Assembly: GCA_045587285.1 (NCBI GenBank)
Contig: JAZNBZ010000160.1
Location: 1 to 57,627, forward strand
Source of the DNA: Candidatus Flemingiibacterium sp.
Lineage (GTDB): Bacteria; Bacillota; Clostridia; Oscillospirales; CAG-272
Direction: 5' to 3'
Length of the DNA stretch: 57,627 bases
A model generated the notes under the pieces. It saw only the letters and a list, made by a program, of their open reading frames with translations, had not been told where the DNA came from and did no database searches. Shown in pieces: positions 35,760 to 44,007 of this stretch. Position numbers and translations under genes: made by a program. Positions within the stretch are counted from its first letter, which is position 1. Each line of letters opens with the position of its first letter.

Positions 35760-37934
35760 ATGTTACCCGTAATCAAACCTGAATGGACCCCCGAGAGAAA
35801 TAATCTTCCCACCCGTTGGCAGACGGTTATTTTCAGAAACTACCGTATGATCCCGAGTGAGAATATCGCAAAGGTGCTTGAATGTACAGTAGAGGAGGTT
35901 GAGCGCGAGGCGGCTCGCCTCGGACTTCGTGCGGGTGAGGCTGACCCCGTATGGTTCGAGCGCGGTCATATAACGCTTATCCGCAATAACTGGTATCTCT
36001 TACCGTACGATCAGCTTATGGCGCTTATCGACTATACCGAGGAGAAGCTTGACTTCGTTCTCGAAAAGGACGATTTCCTTTTCGTTAAGATGGGTAACGG
36101 TAAGCCCGTCTGCGAGAAGGTCGTATACGAGCCGCTGACAGAGGCACAGCTCGCCGAAACCGAAAAAATTGCTAAGATCATCGCAAAGCTCGATACCAAC
36201 GAGCGCAAGATGTTCGACTTCTACAACGATCCTACGGATACCGAGGTCAAATACGTTACCTCTACCGAGAGCGGACTGCGTACGGTGCATCCGTACCTCA
36301 CCCCGTGTGCCGACCCGTTTATGGTGGACTCGCGCACGCATCTTCCCGATGCGCTTCTCGACGACTACGCGAAGGTCGGTGTAAACTCGTTCATAATTCA
36401 CGCGGCACTTTCCACGCTTTCGTATTTCCCGATAAATCCCGTTGACAGCAAGGATTACAAAATTCGCCGCAAGAACTTAAAGGAGCTTGTAGAACGTGCA
36501 GGCAAGCGCGGCATTAAGATCGCTCTTTACTTCAACGAGCTTCGTGCCGTGCCGATAGACGTGTTTGAAAAATACGGACGTCCCGAGCTTGGCGGCTCTA
36601 TAAGCGAGGACGGCAGACGTATTTCGCTTTGTATGCAGCATAAGGACAATCAAAAGCTGCTTTACGATATGGTAAAGGATCTCTTCACGGAAATTCCCGA
36701 TATCGGCATCGCATCCTGCACTACGATGAGTGAGAATATGACTCACTGTATGTACCGCCCGAATATGGGACAGATTTCGAAGGTTACGGGAAAGCAAGTT
36801 GGCGTTGGTTGCCCCATTTGTATGAATCTTCCGCTTGAAACCGGCCCCGTAACCACCGTAAATATTATAAACAAGGCTATTCGCGACGCGGGAAGCAAGG
36901 CTGTTGTTGTTTCATCGACGTGGGCTTGGACCGACGATCAGATCAAAAACGGCATCCCGAAGCTTGACCCGGGAATTATGACCGGCTGTATCAGCGAATG
37001 GGGTATGCCTTTCACCGTTGGCGATCGCACCTACGGAGTTACTGACTACTCTATCTCAAACTACGGCCCGAGTGATATGGCAAAGGGTATTGTAGACATC
37101 TCGAGAAAGCACGGACATGAGTGCTCTGTTAAGATTCAGGTATCTAACAGCTGGGAGTGCGCGGTCGTTCCGTATCTTCCGCTCTTCGATCTCGAGCTTG
37201 CACACGCTAAGGCGGTACACGACATCGGTGTAAACAATTTCAGCCTTACCTGGACGCTCGGAAGCTATCCGTCCATCACGTTTGACCTCATTGCAGATTA
37301 TCTGAATGCTCCCGACACGTTCGATCTTGAAAAGTGGTACGAGAAGCATTACGGCGCTGATGCGGCAAAGGTACACGAGGCGGTTAAGCTTTGCTGTGCC
37401 GGTTTCAGAAAGTATCCCTTCAGCTGCGAGGTAATGTACGAGTCCGCAAAGAACCTCGGCGTTGCAAACCGCTGGAATTTTGCACCCGTTACACAGAAGT
37501 CTACTATGGTATGCTGGACGTTCGATAACGTAGACCACTACGCAAAGCCGTACACCGCAGAGGGCTTTATCGAGCAGTACGGCAAGATGCTGCCCGAGTT
37601 TGACGCGGGCATAAGGGTGCTCGAGAGTGCGGCAAACACCGACGCGGCGAAGGAATTGCTTCTTTTTGCCAAGGTTGCGCGCAACCACTTTATGGCGGAC
37701 GTCGTACATACGAAGTACGTGCTTGCAAAGGCGAACCTTCCCGCATCGAAGGACGAGATGCGTGCTATAATCGCCGAGGAGAGAGCGCTGTGCGAGGAGC
37801 TTTTAGAGCTTACGCCGCAGTCCACTCTCAACGCGTACGAAACCGCGAACCACTACTTCTACACCGAGCGCGATATCATCGAAAAGCTTATCCAACTTGA
37901 CGGACTCGAAAAAGAACTTGAAAATTTGAAATAA
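35760..37934 (+). CDS. uncharacterised 724-aa protein, paralog 3 of 4
   Basis: AAGGAGA RBS, 14 nt after paralog 2. About 70% amino-acid identity to paralog 2 by eye. Confidence 0.85.
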   Translation: MLPVIKPEWTPERNNLPTRWQTVIFRNYRMIPSENIAKVLECTVEEVEREAARLGLRAGEADPVWFERGHITLIRNNWYLLPYDQLMALIDYTEEKLDFVLEKDDFLFVKMGNGKPVCEKVVYEPLTEAQLAETEKIAKIIAKLDTNERKMFDFYNDPTDTEVKYVTSTESGLRTVHPYLTPCADPFMVDSRTHLPDALLDDYAKVGVNSFIIHAALSTLSYFPINPVDSKDYKIRRKNLKELVERAGKRGIKIALYFNELRAVPIDVFEKYGRPELGGSISEDGRRISLCMQHKDNQKLLYDMVKDLFTEIPDIGIASCTTMSENMTHCMYRPNMGQISKVTGKQVGVGCPICMNLPLETGPVTTVNIINKAIRDAGSKAVVVSSTWAWTDDQIKNGIPKLDPGIMTGCISEWGMPFTVGDRTYGVTDYSISNYGPSDMAKGIVDISRKHGHECSVKIQVSNSWECAVVPYLPLFDLELAHAKAVHDIGVNNFSLTWTLGSYPSITFDLIADYLNAPDTFDLEKWYEKHYGADAAKVHEAVKLCCAGFRKYPFSCEVMYESAKNLGVANRWNFAPVTQKSTMVCWTFDNVDHYAKPYTAEGFIEQYGKMLPEFDAGIRVLESAANTDAAKELLLFAKVARNHFMADVVHTKYVLAKANLPASKDEMRAIIAEERALCEELLELTPQSTLNAYETANHYFYTERDIIEKLIQLDGLEKELENLK

Positions 37935-37950
37935 AATAGCTGTAAATGGC

Positions 37951-37979
37951 TTGACATTAGGGAAAGTAAATGTTAGAAT
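37951..37979 (+). promoter_or_regulatory. consensus promoter of paralog 4 (P4), a duplicate of P1
   Basis: TTGACA at 37951-37956, 17-nt spacer, TAGAAT at 37974-37979. Geometry and ATGTTAGAATG context are the same as P1. Confidence 0.6.
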
Positions 37980-37980
37980 G

Positions 37981-38018
37981 AATGGGCAGAGAGAAATTTT
38001 CTGCCCATTTATATTTTT
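37981..38018 (+). terminator. terminator-like hairpin placed immediately after the P4 -10 box
   Basis: AATGGGCAG (37981-37989) pairs with CTGCCCATT (38001-38009), followed by TATATTTTT. It could terminate the paralog 1-3 transcript. A TSS from P4 would fall inside the 5' arm. Confidence 0.5.
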
Positions 38019-38029
38019 GGAGAAAGCTT

Positions 38030-40171
38030 ATGTTACCGAAAATAATTGAAACGACCACGAAAAGACTTAATCTTCCCACTCTCTGGCAGACGGTCATTTT
38101 CAGAAATTACCGTATGGCTCCGAGTGAAAATATCGCGAAGATCATCGGCTGTACTGCCGAGGACGTTGAACGCGAGGCGCTCCGTCTCGGTCTTATAAAG
38201 GGCGAGGGCACGAAGGAGTGGTGCGAGCGCGGATTTATCACCATTTTCCGCAACAACTGGCACCTGCTTGAATACGATCAGCTCCGTGACCTCGTCGGTA
38301 TGACCGACGCGCGCCTTGATTTCGTGCTCGAAACCGAGGACTTTCTCGGAATAAAGCTCGGTCACCAAAAGCCCGCAGTCGAAAGGCCCGTATACGCTCC
38401 CTTGACCGACGAGCAGATAAAAGAAACCGAAAAGGCTGCACAAACTATAAAGAAGTACGACACCGTCGAGCGCACGATGTTCGATTTCTTCAACGATAGA
38501 ACCGATAAGGAGCCTAAGTTCGTCGCTTCGAGCGAGAACGGCACCCGTATCGTTCACGGCTTCCTCTCTCCCTGCGGTGACGCGTTTATCGAGGACACTC
38601 GCTCGCATCTTCCCGACGTGCTTCTTGACGCGTACGCAGAGCAGGGCGTAAACACGCTGTTCTTACACGCCGTTCTTTCCACGCTTTCCTACTATCCGTT
38701 TGCTCCCGAGCTTTGCGAGGGCTACGAGATCCGCCGCAAGAACTTAAAGGACCTCGTCGCAAGAGCAGGCAAGCGCGGTATAAAGATATACCTTTACTTC
38801 GACGAGCCCCGCTCGCTGCCCGTAGATCTCTTTGAGCGCTACGGTCATAAGGAGATCGAGGGCAGACACCCCAAGCGCGGCGGCGTATGCCTGTGCCTGT
38901 CTACCGACGAGCCTAAGGAATATCTCTACAACGCAACCAAGGAGCTCTTCGAGGCGATCCCCGAGCTTGGCGGTATGCTCAATATCACCTGGAGTGAGTA
39001 CACCACTCACTGCCTCTCTCACGGCAGAAACGACTGCGATTGCCCGAGATGTAAGGACCTGCCCCTTTGGGAGCTTCCCGTACTCGTTAACAACGTTATG
39101 CACAAGGCTGTCCGCGACGCAGGCAGCGACGCGGAGGTGCTCTCGTACGCTTGGGGCTGGCAGGGTTGGCCGCAGGACGAGCTTGAAGCGGCGATGACTG
39201 CGCTTCACAAGGAGATCGGCGTTATTCAGGTAAGCGAAACCAGAAAGCCGATCGAGCGCGGCGGCGTTGAGGGTGTCGTCGGCGACTATTCCATTTCCGT
39301 GCTCGGTCCGAGCCCTATTGCCGAAAACTTCCTTAAAACTGCGGCAAGATTCGGTCACAAGACCTTTGCAAAGGTGCAGATGTCCTGTAGCTGGGAGGCG
39401 GCAATGGTGCCGTACCTTCCCGTGTTCGACCTTGAGCTTCAGCATCTTAAAAACCTCCACGAGATCGGCACGAACAACTATATGCTCACCTGGACGCACG
39501 GCGGTTATCCGTCCATTACGTTCGATATGATCTCCGACTATATGAAGTCGCCCGACACGTTCGAGCTTGACGAGTGGTACGAAAAGCAGTTCGGCGCGAA
39601 CGGTAAAGCGGTTCACGAGGCTATCAAGGTGTTCTGCGAGGGCTTTGAGAACTATCCCTTCAGCGTTGCGACGATGTATACCTCGCCGAAGAATATCGGC
39701 CCTGCTAATATGTGGATGCTCGAGCCCGACAACAATCCCTCGTCGATGGTCTGCTACGCGGTGGACGACTACGAGAAGTGGATCGCGCAGTATCCCGTTG
39801 ACGTGTATCTTGACCTTTTCGGAAAGGTAACAGACGCGTGGAAGCGCGGCTGCGAGATGCTCGAAGCGGTTGCAAACGACGAAAAGACGCGCGAGCTTTT
39901 ACTGTTCGCGAAGGTGGCTACGCTTTCGTTCGAGGCTGACATTATTCACACCGAGTATGCGGTTGCGAAGCGCGAGCTTCCCGCGACGAAGGACAAGATG
40001 GCGGAGCTTATCGCACGCGAGCGCGAGGTAACGAAGCAGATGCTTGAGATAATTCCCAAGTCTACGCTCGTCGGCTACGAGGCGTCCAACCACTACTTCT
40101 TCACCGAGCGTGAGTACATAGAAAAGCTCATCAACCTCGACGGCATTGAAAAAGAGCTTGAAAAGATGTAA
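38030..40171 (+). CDS. uncharacterised 713-aa protein, paralog 4 of 4 (most divergent)
   Basis: ATG at 38030 with a GGAG RBS (track start 37982 rejected). MLPKIIETTTKRLNLPTLWQTVIFRNYRM...SNHYFFTEREYIEKLINLDGIEKELEKM. Confidence 0.85.
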   Translation: MLPKIIETTTKRLNLPTLWQTVIFRNYRMAPSENIAKIIGCTAEDVEREALRLGLIKGEGTKEWCERGFITIFRNNWHLLEYDQLRDLVGMTDARLDFVLETEDFLGIKLGHQKPAVERPVYAPLTDEQIKETEKAAQTIKKYDTVERTMFDFFNDRTDKEPKFVASSENGTRIVHGFLSPCGDAFIEDTRSHLPDVLLDAYAEQGVNTLFLHAVLSTLSYYPFAPELCEGYEIRRKNLKDLVARAGKRGIKIYLYFDEPRSLPVDLFERYGHKEIEGRHPKRGGVCLCLSTDEPKEYLYNATKELFEAIPELGGMLNITWSEYTTHCLSHGRNDCDCPRCKDLPLWELPVLVNNVMHKAVRDAGSDAEVLSYAWGWQGWPQDELEAAMTALHKEIGVIQVSETRKPIERGGVEGVVGDYSISVLGPSPIAENFLKTAARFGHKTFAKVQMSCSWEAAMVPYLPVFDLELQHLKNLHEIGTNNYMLTWTHGGYPSITFDMISDYMKSPDTFELDEWYEKQFGANGKAVHEAIKVFCEGFENYPFSVATMYTSPKNIGPANMWMLEPDNNPSSMVCYAVDDYEKWIAQYPVDVYLDLFGKVTDAWKRGCEMLEAVANDEKTRELLLFAKVATLSFEADIIHTEYAVAKRELPATKDKMAELIAREREVTKQMLEIIPKSTLVGYEASNHYFFTEREYIEKLINLDGIEKELEKM

Positions 40172-40188
40172 TTGCATAGATAAAACCG

Positions 40189-40217
40189 AACCCCTCACGG
40201 ATTTTTCGTGAGGGGTT
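40189..40217. terminator. bidirectional hairpin between convergent genes
   Basis: AACCCCTCACG / GTGAGGGGTT stem with a T-rich loop and flanks. Confidence 0.65.
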
Positions 40218-40221
40218 ATTT

Positions 40222-42144
40222 CTATCCAATTTCAAATGCAACGCCGTCGCGCGCGTTTATCGCGAGATTTATCTTGCCGGCGTTTTTGTAAACCTCGCCG
40301 CTTCGGACGTTTGTGAGCGTGACGGGATTTTTGAGCTTACACTCGAACGCCATATCCTCGCGAGGGAAGAACGATATCACGCGGTTGTCCGCGTATACCG
40401 TACATTCCTTCGGCGCGTAGCAGTGCACGCCTGCCGCCTCGACAATTTCGCGTGTGGTGTCAATGCTCATCGGTACGCTCTCAACGACAAAATCGGCGAG
40501 CGAGGCGTCGGCGGAGGTGTAGCCGTGCAGAAGTATCGAAGAGTCCTTTGGCAGACGCGCGCGAAGGCTCTCCAGCCACTCGCTTGTGTACGTCGTCGGG
40601 TGCAAAAGCACGACGAGGCGTGTGCCAGACAGATCCATTTCCTCAAGGTCGTGCGTGAACACGACGTCGAGCGGCGCACCGCAAAGCTGAAGGTTGCGAA
40701 GGCTTTCCTCACAGGTCGGCACGGCGGTCGTCGGGCTGTGAAGGATGCCGTCCTCGTCCGCGACGACGAGTATCTCGGCGACGCTTTCGTGCGCTTTTTT
40801 TCTGATGCGCTCGGCGGCGCCGTTAAGCACGGCGATATTTTTCATTATCTCCGCGTCGTCGAACCAGCCGCCGCCAAGGTCCATATACCAAAAGCCCGAA
40901 TCGTGCGAGATGTTTTTGCAAAGCTCGCGAAGATGCACGGCACAAGTTTCTCCGAGAGTGGCCGCGTTATTGTTGACGTCGCCCTGCACGAGGTGCGTAC
41001 GGCAGTCGCACTCGTCTATCCAATATTTCTTGCGGTTTACGCCGACCGCCGGCGCCATTTCGCCGCTCGGCTCACCGGGCGCGCTTCGGTAATACGACTT
41101 GGGCGCGGCGAAGAAGTCTACGTTCGGGCAGTCGAGCAGGCGGTGCCAGCCGACGTGACCTGCGTAAACGCATCTTGCCATATACATTACGTAGCCGTAG
41201 AACGCGCCGACGGGCTTGCCGCCCGTTTTGCGCTTTATGATATCGCCGAAATACGATATTGCATCGGTGTTGGTTTCGTAAACGAACGTGTCGTAGTCGA
41301 GCGCGCGGCGGTCACGCACAGCGTCGCGGACGCGGTGCTCCTTAGGCTCGCGCTCCTCGGGAGAGGGAACCGTGTCGCCCTCAAAATTTCCCCAAGCGGC
41401 GCGCACTGCATCGTACGAGCCGTACTTTTTTAACGCCCAATCAAGGAAGCTCTTTTGACTCGTGATGCCGTAGTCGCCGAATTTTCCTGCCTTCTGTCCC
41501 CACACGTTCGCCTCTCCGCAAACGCCGTAGGCAATGTGATACGCGAGTATTTTCTCGGCGTACGGGCCGTTTTCGATGTGCTCAATGAGCCGCTCAAGTG
41601 CAGCGCCTGCATCGTGAAGCCATTTTTTTGAGCAGAAGCTTTGCAAAGAGATAAGTCCGCCGACATTCGGGCGCGGATCCTGCCAGCCGTTCGCGTTGTA
41701 GTAGCCGACCTTCGACTCATAGCCGAGATAGTCGTGTTTTTCGGTGCCGACGAGGTCGCGTATCTCATTTTCACTTCGCGGACCGTTATAGTAAACGAAA
41801 ACCTCGCTCGGATTTTCCAGACACCAATCTATCGGCACGTTGAGCTTTATGCGCGGAATGAAATATTCTACCTTGCCCGAGGCGAAGATAGCGTCGAGAA
41901 CTCGGTCGCAGAGCGAGTAGTCGTACGTATCAACTCCCGTCCAGCCTGCGTGCAGTATACAGGTGTGTATCTTAACGCCTGCGTCGGCAAAGGCGTCGTG
42001 AGTTTTGGTGTAAAAATCAAAGTCGGGATTAAAGACGAGCGGCTTGCCATCCTCGCCGAGCATCGGCGGATCGTAGCAAAAGCCGAGCCTTGACCAGAAA
42101 AGCGTGCTTTGCTTCAGCATTTCAAGCGCTTCTGTAGCGTTCAT
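40222..42144 (-). CDS. putative glycoside hydrolase, GH42-like (TIM barrel plus glutamine-amidotransferase-like middle domain)
   Basis: 640 aa, cytoplasmic. FWSRLGF resembles the GH42 N-terminal AWSRLEP region. RLVVLLHPTTY resembles the GH42 trimerisation-domain strand. The assignment is by eye only. Confidence 0.45.
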   Translation of the reverse strand: MNATEALEMLKQSTLFWSRLGFCYDPPMLGEDGKPLVFNPDFDFYTKTHDAFADAGVKIHTCILHAGWTGVDTYDYSLCDRVLDAIFASGKVEYFIPRIKLNVPIDWCLENPSEVFVYYNGPRSENEIRDLVGTEKHDYLGYESKVGYYNANGWQDPRPNVGGLISLQSFCSKKWLHDAGAALERLIEHIENGPYAEKILAYHIAYGVCGEANVWGQKAGKFGDYGITSQKSFLDWALKKYGSYDAVRAAWGNFEGDTVPSPEEREPKEHRVRDAVRDRRALDYDTFVYETNTDAISYFGDIIKRKTGGKPVGAFYGYVMYMARCVYAGHVGWHRLLDCPNVDFFAAPKSYYRSAPGEPSGEMAPAVGVNRKKYWIDECDCRTHLVQGDVNNNAATLGETCAVHLRELCKNISHDSGFWYMDLGGGWFDDAEIMKNIAVLNGAAERIRKKAHESVAEILVVADEDGILHSPTTAVPTCEESLRNLQLCGAPLDVVFTHDLEEMDLSGTRLVVLLHPTTYTSEWLESLRARLPKDSSILLHGYTSADASLADFVVESVPMSIDTTREIVEAAGVHCYAPKECTVYADNRVISFFPREDMAFECKLKNPVTLTNVRSGEVYKNAGKINLAINARDGVAFEIG

Positions 42145-42274
42145 TTTGGAGGCTCCTATTTTATAAGTATATTTGTACGTAAGAAATACCGTATAAATTA
42201 TACTTTACTTTTTCGGACATTGCAATAATTTTTCGAAACCCGTTCAATATTTTTTGCAAAATTCGTAAAGGTGC

Positions 42275-42303
42275 TTGACCTTACGGCGAAAATAATGTAT
42301 AAT
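42275..42303 (+). promoter_or_regulatory. sigmaA-type promoter of the M23 gene
   Basis: TTGACC at 42275-42280, 17-nt spacer, TATAAT at 42298-42303. Confidence 0.6.
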
Positions 42304-42350
42304 GTAGATATATAATGTGTAACTATACATAAAATTAAGGGGATATAAAA

Positions 42351-43961
42351 ATGACGAAGCTTAATAAAAGTTTGCTCATAACGATTGGCATTATCGCCGC
42401 ATTGTTTATACCGACGTATATTGCTCTCGGAAATTTCGTTTATTCGCAGTTCGCGTCCGTGAGTCCGACGAGCATCACGAAGCTTGAGATCACAGATCCG
42501 AGGGGAACGCTGTTCACGCTTTCGGCTGACGATTCAAAGGCTGCATCGGATATTGCGGGATTCGTCAAGATAAACGATAACGCCGCAAGAAAGACCTCGC
42601 TCCCCGAGGCGCTTGAGGGCACCGACTTTTTTGAATTCAAATATTTCAGCTACGACAGAGTAAAGACGTATAAGTATTACTTCTCCGAAAATCAGTCGGA
42701 GGCATACTACGTTGACGACAAGGGCACCGCATATCAGATAAACGAGAACGATGCGCTCGCCTTCCTCGCAACGAAATACGCGCGCTGCTTATACACCACG
42801 GCGTCCTTCCCGCAGATGACCGTGTCCGCGCAGGAGATCACTCCCGTGTCGGGCGAATGGGTTTACAAGACCTACGGCGGCGATTACGTTGCTCTTGAAA
42901 ATATTGAGCAAGCGCCCAAGACGGACGACGTTTATCAGATGAAGGGCGCGTTCGCGCTGTCGTTTGACAACGAGCCCGATTTCCTTAACGTAACCATAAG
43001 CGACGACACCGGCGTGGTGTTCAGCGACAGCTACGCTAACATTGCAAACGCTTCGCTCGAGGGCAGAACGATAGACGTCGTGGTCGAGGCGAAGTGGTAC
43101 GAGTCCGAAACGGAGAACTGCTACGGCTCCGCAACCTACGAGTTCAAGGCGAAGATACTTCTCCCTGCGGTATTCTATCTCGGCAAGACGGAGATAGAGC
43201 CCGGCGAGTTCGTGGTAATTTCCGCAAAGAACGTTGACGATCCCTCTGCGATAAAGGTAACGACCGAGCCCGATATCGGCTTTACGCCCACCTTCTTCAC
43301 CGATGGCAGATACGCGCGTGCGCTCCTTCCCGTATCTATGGAGTATGAGGGCGGCGACGTTAAGATAATCTGCTCGTACGGTGAGGTTTCGCAGGAGATG
43401 ACGCTCAATATAATCCCCAAGACCTTCAGAAGCAGCACGCTTGAGATCGGCGCGTCGATAGTAAGCCAGACGCGCACGGAAACCACTATAAAGGCGTTCA
43501 ACGACACGATGGCTCCGATAGTTGCCAAGACAGAGTCCACACCGCTTTGGGAGGGCTTGTTCACAGAGGCGGTCAATGCTGACGTTACCGTCGGCTTTGG
43601 TATAAAGCGTACGATATCCGCAACGGGTGAGGTATACCGCCATCAGGGCATCGACTACGTTGCTACTGCGGGCAAGGAGGTTATGGCGACGAACAACGGT
43701 AAGGTCGTTTACGTCGGCTACCTCGATCTTCCCGGATATATGGTCGTCATCGACCACGGACTCGGCCTCAAGAGTTGGTACTGCCACCTCGGCTCGACGG
43801 CGGTTGCAGTTGGAGATACGGTCGCGAAGGGCGACGTTGTCGGCTACGCGGGCTCCACGGGCTTCACGGTAAATCCGTTCCCGCATATCGGTCTTTCGGT
43901 GTTTGACGTTCCCGTATGTCCCTACGATCTCTGGGATGAGGGTATCCCGATGACGGAATAA
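42351..43961 (+). CDS. membrane-anchored M23/LytM-domain protein (HxH motif degenerate)
   Basis: N-terminal TM helix. The C-terminal LytM domain has HQGIDY (HxxxD) and GSTG, but PHIGLSV replaces the canonical PHLHFEV. Confidence 0.75.
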   Translation: MTKLNKSLLITIGIIAALFIPTYIALGNFVYSQFASVSPTSITKLEITDPRGTLFTLSADDSKAASDIAGFVKINDNAARKTSLPEALEGTDFFEFKYFSYDRVKTYKYYFSENQSEAYYVDDKGTAYQINENDALAFLATKYARCLYTTASFPQMTVSAQEITPVSGEWVYKTYGGDYVALENIEQAPKTDDVYQMKGAFALSFDNEPDFLNVTISDDTGVVFSDSYANIANASLEGRTIDVVVEAKWYESETENCYGSATYEFKAKILLPAVFYLGKTEIEPGEFVVISAKNVDDPSAIKVTTEPDIGFTPTFFTDGRYARALLPVSMEYEGGDVKIICSYGEVSQEMTLNIIPKTFRSSTLEIGASIVSQTRTETTIKAFNDTMAPIVAKTESTPLWEGLFTEAVNADVTVGFGIKRTISATGEVYRHQGIDYVATAGKEVMATNNGKVVYVGYLDLPGYMVVIDHGLGLKSWYCHLGSTAVAVGDTVAKGDVVGYAGSTGFTVNPFPHIGLSVFDVPVCPYDLWDEGIPMTE

Positions 43962-43970
43962 AATAAAACA

Positions 43971-44007
43971 AAGCGGCGCCGCAGGATATCCTGCGGCGCT
44001 TGTTTTT
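43971..44007 (+). terminator. intrinsic terminator after the M23 gene
   Basis: AAGCGGCGCCGCAGG-ATAT-CCTGCGGCGCTT followed by GTTTTT. Confidence 0.85.
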
